From Laetmonice hystrix (Eukaryota), in NCBI GenBank assembly GCA_965235115.1, contig OZ249436.1, positions 30,070,001-30,134,000 on the forward strand: 64,000 nt of DNA, read 5' to 3'. The notes under the pieces were generated by a model, which saw nothing but the letters and a program-made list of their open reading frames with translations, was not told where the DNA came from and did not search any database. This document shows, in pieces, positions 12,401-21,637 of this stretch. The translations under genes and the position numbers were made by a program. Positions within the stretch are counted from its first letter, which is position 1. The number at the start of each line of letters is the position of its first letter.

Positions 12401-15400
12401 GCTTTGGCAATTAATTCATAACAACCTATTACTTACGATGTCGTACATTTGTAGGCGGACGGGGTTTCGTCACAGGAAGAACTTGTGTAGAAATGATGGG
12501 TGGCAATATCTGCGCCGTGTGCGCTACCAACTCCTTGTGGGTGATCCTCGGTTTCCTTCCGGCTCTCGCAAACATTCGGTCTGCAAAGGAACCCAGCACT
12601 GTAGGCCTACAGAAGAGACTACATGTACTCGCATACAACTTCATGTACACGTAATTAAGACTGGCTGTGTTATGTTATAATATTGTGAAACAATAGGCCT
12701 ATTAGAAAAGGAAGTTGATAGGCCGCGGGCTAGCTGTGTATAGGTATTTTCTATACTTTTCTGGAAACAAAGTCCTTTGAAGTTTAATGTAGTACGTACT
12801 AGTCATACTGATGAGGTTGAAACTTTGCATACATTAAGATAAAAAACGGGGAGCAAGTTCGGTAATAATAATGTTAATTTAATAGGCGTACGCTGTTTTG
12901 TTTCTTCAAAGGACTATGACTAATTCTGATTCAGTACAACCAAAAAAGTCCATTTTGCATTCGATTTCCGACCACCCGTTCCTAACCATAACATGGTCTA
13001 AAAACGAGGTTTGCCATCTGCTTGGTCTGCCGTACACTTGTCGGTCGGTAGCTGCTGAATGAATCAGCACCAACCAGACACCGGATAGACTGACACCTCT
13101 CGAAGAAACTCGATGGAATTGAGCCAATTTCAGCCTCTGTGGCTCACGTGAATGTGACCAAGTCAGGAAAATAACTGTCTCGACAGGAGGTGGTGACAGT
13201 ATGCAGGGCGCAGCCACGGCACAATAAACAAAACAAAAACGGACGACGGCATGGCAAGTAGGCCTACGAGGGGAGGGAAATGTCAGGGCTGGGGGGCATA
13301 CATAACACACTAGATCTACAGCCTCTTGACTTGTGTGCATGGGTTAGGCCTCAGGCTTACAGCCTCTTAACTTTTGTGAATGGGTGAGGCCTCAGGCTTA
13401 CAAAGGTATGGACACTCCTGAATCTTTCAGGGGCGTTGGCCGATTTGGAGGGGGGAGCTGATAGGGGGCCTATGGTCTTAAATTAAAAATGAAAAATGAC
13501 CTGTTTGCGAAAAGGGACAAAACGTATCAAGGTCCAGAAAAAGATTGATAAATTATACGCAATTTAATTCCTTCCATTTAACAGTATTCGTAAATAACAG
13601 CTAACAGCAAGAAGTGTCATAATAGAATTCTATCAGTTGATGTATTCATTCCCCAAATGAAATTTGTTGTTTTCAGTGAAGTATAATTAGGACCTTTAAT
13701 ATTTATAAAATTGGCAAATATTTTGCAATATATAATTGTTTCCTATTTGGATGTGAATATCATTGTGTTCATCAAGGTATTCTAGATTTCCTTTGTCCTA
13801 ACCGTTGTTTCTAAGAAATAAACGATACGGGAAGTAATTTGTAAAAAGTTACCAACCTCTTGGTATGGACTGTCGGGAAACGCGAAGTTGGTGTAGGCTA
13901 TACACGTTATTTTCTTACACCTCGAGAAACCTTTTAACCCTTGAAGCTGTCTGCAATCTCATGACACTCAAAGGATTCTGTTTCATTACCGTCAGGACTA
14001 AGATGACCCTTGCGGTATATATTGGAATTCCAGATTACGTACCCCTTCCACCATCTGGTCGAGCCGCCAAACACACTGCGTATATTCCAGTCCATTCCGC
14101 CGGAATTTCCACCCAGGTCAAACGATCCTAACACGTCAGGCAGCCAGCTTGTAATGTACAAGGGACACGTCAGGCAGACAGCTTGTAATGTACAAGGGAC
14201 ACGTCAGGCAGACAGCTTTTAATGTACAAGGGACACGTCAGGCAGCCAGCTTGTGATGTACAAGGGACACGTCAGGCAGCCAGCTTGTAATGTACAAGGG
14301 ACACGTCAGGCAGACAGCTTGTAATGTACAAGGGACACGTCAGGCAGCCAGCTTGTAATGTACAAGGGACACGTCAGGCAGACAGCTTGTAATGTACAAG
14401 GGACACGTCAGGCAGCCAGCTTGTAATGTACAAGGGACATGTCAGGCAGACAGCTTGTAATGTACAAGGGACACGTCAGGCAGCCAGCTTGTAATGTACA
14501 AGGGACACGTCAGGCAGACAGCTTGTAATGTACAAGGGACACGTCAGGCAGCCAGCTTGTAATGTACAAGAGACACGTAAGGCAGCCAGCTTCTACATGT
14601 ACAAGGGACACGCCAGGCAACCAACTTGTAATGTACAAGGGACATCAATGTCCAGAGGATCCTTAGACTATGCAGATACAAATAATTTTGATGAATGTAC
14701 TGTTGCAGTGGGGAAAATGCCCCATCTCTGAAAGACCCTTACGTCCAAATAGAAACCAAAGCGCGCTTGCAATCTAACTATAGTAAAAAAAACCTAGTAT
14801 TAATCTTTAGACCTACAAAAGGCCTTATGAAACAAATTAACCCAAAGCAGGTTAAACGAAGTACTCATTCTCATGTTGTGCATTACATATTATATTTATT
14901 TTAAGTTAAACCAGACTACTTTGAATTAAGGAGATTGCCATGCAGTTTATTGGGGATCCAATGTGAGTTTTTGACCCTACAAAGATTCAAAGAAGAGGTG
15001 CCCCGTTAGGCCTGATGACAGCGCGATATTCTCAACTATGTTATCTGCATTTTGGCTAATCAAAGCTATCATATCTTTTTTATAGACAGTGCGTGCCGTC
15101 TGTCTCAATAGTGCCAAGAAACAATGATGTCTTGTTAATAACAGCACCAATCTAAGTATAGGCTTGCTCCTGCAAAAACAGTGACGGAGTCAGGGTATAC
15201 TTGGGGCAGTAGGCCCACGTTCGCTCACAAAGTTCACAAAGTGACCCCAAGGCGCAAAGCTGCCTTTGGCCTGATCTTTTAGTTACTGGTGTGATCTCGA
15301 GACCGTGGGCATCGACTGGAGGGTGTTAACACGTAACGGGATTCGGGTCCTTCACGGAGCGAAAGTATGGAACGACATGCCTAGCGCATGAATACGGCAC

Positions 15401-16678
15401 GACACCGAAGGTGAAATGGCATATTCATGCGCCAGGTATCGAGTTTTATACTTTCCTACCGTGAAGGACGTATTTACTTATTTTAATAAGTATTTTAAAA
15501 TACTTTTTTGATGGTTTGAAATGGTCGCAAGAAAAAGAATCATTGAATCTCTTTATTAAATTAAGTTTTGTTCAGTATGAAAAAAAATTTCATACTGAAC
15601 AACAGCCAAATAGTTTCTTTTTCAACAATCTCGATATGAATTGATTCATTATTCCCACCGCGAGCGCATTTTAAAGCATCCGAGTCCAGAAAAAACTAAG
15701 CTTTTAGTCCCCAACTTATACCGGTTACGGTACACGTCTGTAATTTATAATACATGTCCCCGTGCTTCCATAGGGCCCTATGGTTAACGTCGCGTCACCC
15801 TGAAACATGTACAATAAAATCAGTCCGTATGGAACACGCGTTCCATACGGACCGTCATATGGCACCCCCATGGGGTATGGCATGGCACTGCAGATATAAA
15901 ATCTAATGCGCATAAGGTTATCTGGTGATGTGCTGGCGATATATTTCAACCCTCTCTGCCGCAGTCCATAGGTCCACAGTGTATTAATTAAATCCATAGA
16001 GTGAGAGTGGGTGCAGTGCCTTCCAGACCATAATGCCGGTGTTATAGACTAGAAAATAGTCAATTAATGTGTAGGTGTTATGGGTATGTAGTGTCGGGTT
16101 TATGGGTAAAGAGCTTGAGCCATGGCCAATAGGTGTTGCCGAAGTGTTGGTTATGGCTGATGGGTATAGTGATAGGTGTGACACCCTGCATGGTCATGTT
16201 TGGGTTGACGTCACTGAGGCGAGCAAGCAGTGTAGCTATCTAAAGAAGCTTCATGAATTAATATAGCTATAATAGAATGGACATGCACAATTCATGTAAT
16301 ATAAAAAAGTTTATTAATAAATTAGAGACATCAATTCTGGGCAACACAATGTCGGCCTAGATTCATTCACTGAATGTCATCATAAAAAGATGTAGATATC
16401 AACAGAATATGGTGACGACCAAAATCAAGGTTGTCTACAGAGAATGGAAAAACGGAGGGAAAAGTGGAAATATTATGAAAATCTGTTGTTTTCATAGGTA
16501 TAGATTAAATTTACCTGTCTTGGTGCCTGGATCTTTCTGTCGGGGTTGCCTCTTCCTTCCTGTCGGGCCGTGGGTTTTCATCGTGTTTGCGTGAGTTGTA
16601 CCGTATCGGATAGTCGACAGCAGTGAGGGTGAGCGTCGGCCCCAGGAGGAGCGTACAAAACAATACCGTCCACTTCAT
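3028..16678 (-). CDS. Periostin/TGFBI-like secreted fasciclin (EMI-like + 4x FAS1), whole gene, 15 coding exons, ~819 aa
   Basis: Exons 16515-16678, 14043-14147, 12437-12580, 10944-11038, 10526-10692, 9433-9621, 7748-7898, 6920-7057, 6280-6492, 6018-6154, 5373-5543, 4820-4918, 4440-4586, 3676-3772, 3028-3470 join with GT-AG boundaries and consistent phases to 2460 nt. Signal peptide MKWTVLFCTLLLGPTLTLT; WWKGPNVC...ECCHG...GCP; FAS1 H1 (TVFAPKDEAF, TLFAPSNGAF, TLFLPTNQAI, TFLAPTDQAW) and H2 (NGVVHVLEKVL, SNGVVHIVDDVI, NGVVHIIDKLL, SNGVVHVIDDVI). Confidence 0.92.
3676..3772 (-). CDS. Fasciclin gene exon 14
   Basis: AWAALG...RLLLHHITTG; tttcag acceptor, gtaaaa donor. Confidence 0.85.
4440..4586 (-). 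CDS. Fasciclin gene exon 13
   Basis: LLIPPKGDVLDTISQLPNMTTLVRLLKVAGVSEGLQGSGPFTFLAPTDQ. Confidence 0.88.
4820..4918 (-). CDS. Fasciclin gene exon 12
   Basis: APFGLRREKTTQCGRLAHPDIETCNGVVHIIDK (frame not shown in the ORF track). Confidence 0.88.
5373..5543 (-). CDS. Fasciclin gene exon 11
   Basis: KVLHYHVIPG FAS1 YH motif; phase 0-0. Confidence 0.88.
6018..6154 (-). CDS. Fasciclin gene exon 10
   Basis: NVTLFLPTNQAIQ; ttttag acceptor, gtaggt donor. Confidence 0.9.
6280..6492 (-). CDS. Fasciclin gene exon 9 (alternative in-frame starts at 6528 and 6564)
   Basis: DIMASNGVVHIVDDVIVP; donor gtaagg; acceptor triplicated. Confidence 0.88.
6470..6578. repeat. 36-bp x3 tandem repeat spanning the fasciclin exon-9 acceptor
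   Basis: unit AAGAGGTGACTCTTCACCAGATCTAGAGAGTGAAAC, three perfect copies. Confidence 0.95.
6920..7057 (-). CDS. Fasciclin gene exon 8
   Basis: GQLTLFAPSNGAFDK; phase 1-1. Confidence 0.9.
7370..7685. mobile_element. MITE with CAG...CTG termini and 5-bp TSD CACTA
   Basis: TIRs CAGGGACGGATCCAG / CTGGATCTGCCCCTG; CACTA on both sides; related GGATCCGCCACTG ends at ~4150, ~21195, ~51900. Confidence 0.75.
7748..7898 (-). CDS. Fasciclin gene exon 7
   Basis: LLTANCVPVASADHMVENGVVHVLEKVLPT; donor gtaagt. Confidence 0.9.
9433..9621 (-). CDS. Fasciclin gene exon 6 (FAS1-1 middle)
   Basis: TLMAHVAPG (YH-motif equivalent), VRINLY; phase 0-0. Confidence 0.85.
9775..9862. repeat. Local duplication of 36 bp at 52-bp spacing
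   Basis: GGGAAATGTGAGTGTTCAAAGCGCCGCGTAGTGAGT twice. Confidence 0.85.
10526..10692 (-). CDS. Fasciclin gene exon 5 (FAS1-1 N-half)
   Basis: GNFTVFAPKDEAF motif; tttcag acceptor, gtatgt donor. Confidence 0.88.
10944..11038 (-). CDS. Fasciclin gene exon 4 (VNLWGKKRTLTVLLECCHGFQRAKGQPGCPV)
   Basis: Matches periostin-type GxKxTVxYECCPG...GCP; donor gtaagt. Confidence 0.9.
11660..11715. repeat. 15-bp tandem repeat (TTTATGACATTTACC x~3.7)
   Basis: direct reading. Confidence 0.9.
12437..12580 (-). CDS. Fasciclin gene exon 3 (PNVC...YKCTTS)
   Basis: ttgcag|ACCGAAT ... ATC|gtaagt; GPNVC motif of the periostin/TGFBI EMI-like region. Confidence 0.88.
14043..14147 (-). CDS. Fasciclin gene exon 2 (SWLPDVLG...STRWWKG)
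   Basis: Phase 2-2; WWKG joins PNVC of next exon; acceptor lies inside the first unit of the 34-bp minisatellite. Confidence 0.7.
14131..14643. repeat. 34-bp minisatellite (~15 units) overlapping the fasciclin exon-2 acceptor
   Basis: unit ACACGTCAGGCAG(C/A)CAGCTTGTAATGTACAAGGG. Confidence 0.95.
16515..16678 (-). CDS. Fasciclin gene coding exon 1 (signal peptide); exon extends as 5'UTR to acceptor at 16804
   Basis: ATG at 16678, hydrophobic leader, donor CAG|GTAAAT; upstream acceptor ctctag|GTG preceded by a long CT tract. Confidence 0.8.
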
Positions 16679-16805
16679 AGAGGCTGAAATACGATCGGGT
16701 ACATTAGACTTAACTTTGGATCCAAGGGGCTGGGTCAACGAGTTTGGTCTCCCCCATCCATAAATCAACCAGCTAAGACTGACTTCTTCAGTCTTGAACC
16801 ACACC

Positions 16806-16893
16806 TAGAGAGAGAGGGGGAGAGAGAGAGGACAGAGAGAGAGAAAGAGGAGAGGGAGAAGAGAGAGAAAGATCGGAGAGGAGATAGAGAGCT
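16806..16893. repeat. GA-rich microsatellite serving as the polypyrimidine tract (minus strand)
   Basis: abuts the acceptor at 16805. Confidence 0.85.
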
Positions 16894-17877
16894 ACCTACT
16901 TGAAGTTGTTGGGGATTGTTTTAAAATGTTATGTTATGCAGGACTAACATTATAGCCCTGTGTGTGCGTGAACAATGAAAACCAGCCCACACGATGTAGT
17001 TATTCCATCATGCTATGGTCCAACCTCAATATTTACGGCATAGATCTGTGCCCGCGCCTGAGAGCGACCCGTGCATTCTCTATAGAAGCACTGATTCTTT
17101 GTTTGACAGTAGCCCAAATACCATCCAACAAAGGAGCACATTCGTTTATAAACACAGGCGCCATCACTTTGATCCAATACTATTTTAAAAGCTAAAATGG
17201 TGTAATTGCACTTGAGCAATAGACCTACACTTGAAATTAATGCTTCAGAAACGAACTAAAGATAGCGCTAACCGAAGTATTATAATAGATGTGCTATCCC
17301 TGGGATATCATTGTAGGCCTGAAATGAAAGCCAAAGGTAAATGTCTTTTGTCGAATATACTTTACGAAAACCCCAAAGTTCATGTGTTAGACATGATGAG
17401 GAAGACCTGCGTGTCGGCCTAGTGCGCGCTTATAAACTCACCTGCTGGTAGATCTATCTATATTGGCCTATAATCGTCCAGTATAGGCGGTACCTCATCT
17501 ATATTGGCCTATATCGTCCAGTATAGGCGGTATCTCAGACACTTGTTGCAGCGTCAGTGGTCTGTGGCCGAATGGTGCTCCGTGTGCCAGCGACAACCAA
17601 TGTATACTCTCGCAGCTGCATGGCCGGCCCCTGGAGTGCTCGGATCAGCTTGCAAAGTTCTCTGGAACCTTCGCAAAAACAAGCATGCTTCGGAGGGGGG
17701 GGGGGGGCTTGGAAATCAGGGGGGGGGGGGGGGAGTTATTGGCTTTTGAAAAAAAACCTTTGGGGAAAGTAGTGGTTAGTATTAATAGAAAGTATTATTT
17801 CTGCTATATTCAGATGAGGCCTATTTGAATAACTTTAGACAGCTACCAAAAATATTTTTCGGGGGTTTTTCGGGGTG

Positions 17878-18053
17878 NNNNNNNNNNNNNNNNNNNNNNN
17901 NNNNNNNNNNNNNNNNNNNNNNNNNNNNNNNNNNNNNNNNNNNNNNNNNNNNNNNNNNNNNNNNNNNNNNNNNNNNNNNNNNNNNNNNNNNNNNNNNNNN
18001 NNNNNNNNNNNNNNNNNNNNNNNNNNNNNNNNNNNNNNNNNNNNNNNNNNNNN
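17878..18053. other. Assembly gap (176 N)
   Basis: run of N. Confidence 1.
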
Positions 18054-18411
18054 TGCTGCGTACAAATGCAATATGATTTCTCCGAACCCCCTGCTGGTTC
18101 CGCCATACATAAACATCCTTGATGAAATCACCCCATGGGAGCCGCACAGCCCGTCGACCTGCTGTTGCCTGTATCTGGTTTAAAACCGCGCGTCCGGTTT
18201 TCGCTGTGTTTGGGCCTACCGCTGTGTCATCTGGTACACATCTCGGCGGCTTCATCCATACTGACTGATGAATCACAGACTCCACGAATGGTGGCATGGA
18301 TATAGCAGTACTACATGGCCGGGATGTGGCTCCAGTTTCCAAGTTACGTAACGCTCGGGTTGTGCTGCATTGAGTTGAGAACGCGCCCTGTAAACACTTA
18401 AAAATAAATTA

Positions 18412-18421
18412 TTTTTATATA
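18412..18421 (-). promoter_or_regulatory. Candidate TATA box for the fasciclin gene (upstream non-coding exon)
   Basis: TATATAAAAA on minus strand, followed by CpG-rich sequence; the 16804 acceptor requires an upstream UTR exon. Confidence 0.3.
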
Positions 18422-19204
18422 GGCCTAGGCCTGCATAATTATATAGGCGAGACCCTAGGCCCGGATTTATAGCCTACATGTCACAGGTTTTTTCAGGGGG
18501 GGGGGGGGGGGCGGTAGTACAGCGAAAAGAGTTCTAACAACTTTTCCTGAGATATGAAAAAAATGCTTTAGGCCTATAAATTATCACGATACATGCCCAT
18601 TGTACATTTGAACTATAAAAAAATGTTAACAAGGACAAATCAAGATGCAAGTAGGTGTATTTTTTAAGGATTTAAAAAATAGGATTTCTAAGCTGTGTGC
18701 TACTGTGTTTGAATGACGTTACATCTGTGACTCAAATGCTATGCACCTGCCAAATCACAGGTGAGCGGTCAATAGGATTTCCAAGCTAGGGGGTTGCACT
18801 ATTTTAGACGTTTTGACTAAAAATTTCCTTGTAATTTGCATATCGTGACATTGGGATAAAATTGTAGAAGTTATAGTCAAGAAAAGAGTGTTCCAGGTTT
18901 TTTTGGCCCACCCGATATATGGTCTGGTAAGCCTTGCCACCTAGCGACAAGAGGAGGAACTTCTCGACAATCAGGAAGAAGTTTGCCCTTTCATGTTTGG
19001 TTATTTTGTTTTTTTCCATATACATGTAAACTAATTAGTTTAAGTTGACTTGGCTCATTTGCTAATTACAGCTGCATGCCCTAACTTGTTTGAATCAACT
19101 CCGCTTGTATACGTTACATGGCACATCAGCTGCTGAAAAAAAACTTTATTGCTTTTTTATCAATGAGTGCATAGACCCTACAACAGCTAGGCCTACCATC
19201 ATTT

Positions 19205-19431
19205 GGGTGAGTATTTGGGGTTTTACGCCTTGCAACAGCCAGGGTCATATCACGGCGGTGAACATGATGATGACAGTCAGTGTTTCTTGGTGAATGAACC
19301 CGTAGTATAGGCCTACCCGGAGGAAACCACTGACTGACAATTACCCTTTCACACAGTCATGCAGCCCTGGCCGGGGAGCGATCCCGGACCACAGTGGTGT
19401 GAGGCGATGGCCCTATACCGTGTCATGAGCC
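19205..19431 (-). mobile_element. tRNA-derived SINE (core GGTTTCCTCCGG; Meta/MESC-type invertebrate SINE-like)
   Basis: Reverse complement has a tRNA-like head with A/B-box-like motifs (GGCTCATGACACGG; GGTCCGGGATCGCTCCCC), the GGTTTCCTCCGGG core and a CCGCCGTGATATG...GCGTAAAACCCC tail; family name is from recollection, not a search. Confidence 0.65.
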
Positions 19432-19475
19432 AATGTTTAAGACAATTGACGCAGTATTAGCGGGTAGAGGTTAAA

Positions 19476-20000
19476 GGGGCATATTATGAGGAAACGTGAA
19501 AAAATCGGTATTTCAAAGAACTTTTGCTGTTTTCATAAAGAGATCCTTCATTAAAATTGCCTGGTAAACAAAGACAGACTTATCAGTTTCATTTTGCGTG
19601 AGAAATCGAAGTTTATCAAGCTCCCTTGCCCGCTTCTCTGCCGATTTAGTAAAATATTTTTTGGGTGGCATTCTGATATGCCGGACGATCGAGTGCAACT
19701 GCTGAATTATTTACAACTAAGCGAAGCACATGACTAAGCACATGCAGAGAGTGCACATGCAGGATGTGACGCAGTATGCGATTACAAGGGTTGATGGGAG
19801 GTTGTCTACCAAATTATGGCGGGAGATGTGCTATCGGGAGAAATCTATAGGTTTGGTCGTATAGAACCTACTTGTGCTCCATACGCAGCGAAAACACGTC
19901 GGACAAAATGCTGTGGTAGGATTATTTATTTGGATATAGTACACGGTCCGGTTGGATAATTGACGGAAATCCTCCAAAACGTGTCCCATAGCATGCCCCT
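19476..20000. mobile_element. TTAA-flanked non-autonomous DNA transposon (Kolobok-like)
   Basis: TTAA|AGGGGCAT ... ATGCCCCT|TTAA; TTAA TSD with RR termini. Confidence 0.7.
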
Positions 20001-20629
20001 TTAACTGACTAGTGCCAGTAACTAGGGGCCTAACCTAGGCAAAACGGATTTACGTTGTTTGGACCCATTGTATTGTTGTCACTCATTTAAAGAGAATAGA
20101 AAAGTTCAAACTATCAATATTGTTCAGCATGAACAAGCTTGTTCTTACCTACAATTCTGTGATTATCTGATCTTTAATAAAGGAATAATCAACCGAAATG
20201 TAGAGACATTCTCCCGCTGGCTTCGTCCGTTTGTTTACCCTATTTGGCCCTTATCTCAATCTATTAATAGATATAGCTCCCGCTGTCTCGCGTGGGAAAT
20301 AGCGAATGACCCGGGCGGTATTTTTAAAAAAGTCGCCGTTGACAGTGTTCCACTTATCGGTGTGACCTTAGACACTTTATATGGTGTTACTGGTGTTCAA
20401 AGGTATACGTTAGTGAGGAACTTTTCTATTCCCTTTAAAGGAAATCTGTCCGAAAATTGAAATAAACGCAGTCAATTCAACAATACTTGAGTAAAAACAA
20501 TTATTTTAAGGGGTTTCTAGCAGTCTGGTACCATGGCGCGTCCCTATCGACACTATTTTTTATTAATTAATTAAGCGTTTACCTTTTTGGCTAGAGACGA
20601 GAGCACGCGAATCAAATCATGCCCTTATT

Positions 20630-20879
20630 TGGATTATGGGGGGAGGGCGGGCGGAGCAGTGCGAGGCAACGCATGCGCCCAATCCCGTTGCTTAGTAACG
20701 ACCGCCCTAACAATGCTAACGCGGTGATGGCGGTCGTTCTCGGTTCTCAGTCCATTGAGATGAAAAATATGGGATGTATCGCCTCATTATGGCTCATAAT
20801 CAACAAGAGACCTAGCACAACAATGTTATGGATACGACAGAATGTTTTATCAGTCCAGTGGGATAGATTCAAGATCAGG
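20630..20879 (+). promoter_or_regulatory. GC-rich promoter and probable 5'UTR exon of the Roco fusion gene
   Basis: GC box GGGAGGGCGGGCGG, CpG-rich, strong donor CAG|GTAAGC near 20879. Confidence 0.4.
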
Positions 20880-21637
20880 TAAGCTTGAAATACGCGGATT
20901 CGTAGGAGATGGGGACAAAACTCGGCGGCCGTCTAATCAAGCCAGGGCTGAGACGGGCACTGGTTACTCGTTGTTTCAACTTCAATGCAAGTTACAAATG
21001 CCTTAAAATATTTGAGTTATTTCAACTCAATAGGCCCCATTCGAAAAACGTTTAGCTGACTCAAATGAAATGAGCCACCCTGGGCATCACTATAATAGAT
21101 CTACTGTCAAATAGGGTTTACAGTGCAGCTAGGCATGCAGCCAGCTTGGCTGAGGGGTCTTAACGAAAGCAGCTTTAACCAAATCCTGGATCCGCCACTG
21201 ATGCCTACCGTGCCTATAATGGAAGCTACGCGCCGGGTACGGGCCTATTTATTAATTGGCTACTTTATTTGGATAAAGGGTAGGCCTATAGGCCTATTAT
21301 GAATAGCCTATAGGCCCTAGGCCCTAATTCCCGGTTTAGGCACTAGGGGCTAGGGGGTACTAGACGGTTTAGGCAATAGGCGCTAGGGGGCACTGCTGTT
21401 TCGCTAGATGGTTTCTGAGTCAGAACCTTCTCACATTGCTTTCTGGGTCACGGAGTCCGTCCGTCCGAGCACGGGCCCGCTCCCAACAGAGGAGAGTGGG
21501 CTTTCATCCCATCCGATCACTGTCTTTGGATCCATCGCACCAGGCTAGCCTAAATCCATGTGATGATGTAGGATTAATGCATTTTCTCAACTCAAGAGGT
21601 ATGAATATATGGTTCCTGAATATATTACTGATATCAC

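Noticed and set aside
14120-14135. gtgttag as exon-2 acceptor
   Set aside because: Phase 1, incompatible with the phase-2 end of exon 1 unless an unseen exon intervenes; the acceptor at 14148 fits
14131-14643. CRISPR array (34-bp repeats; also the 36-bp repeats at 6470)
   Set aside because: Repeats are head-to-tail with no unique spacers, there are no cas genes, and the context is eukaryotic intron
17821-18342. 173-aa and related ORFs
   Set aside because: Artefacts of translating through the N gap; no recognisable domain
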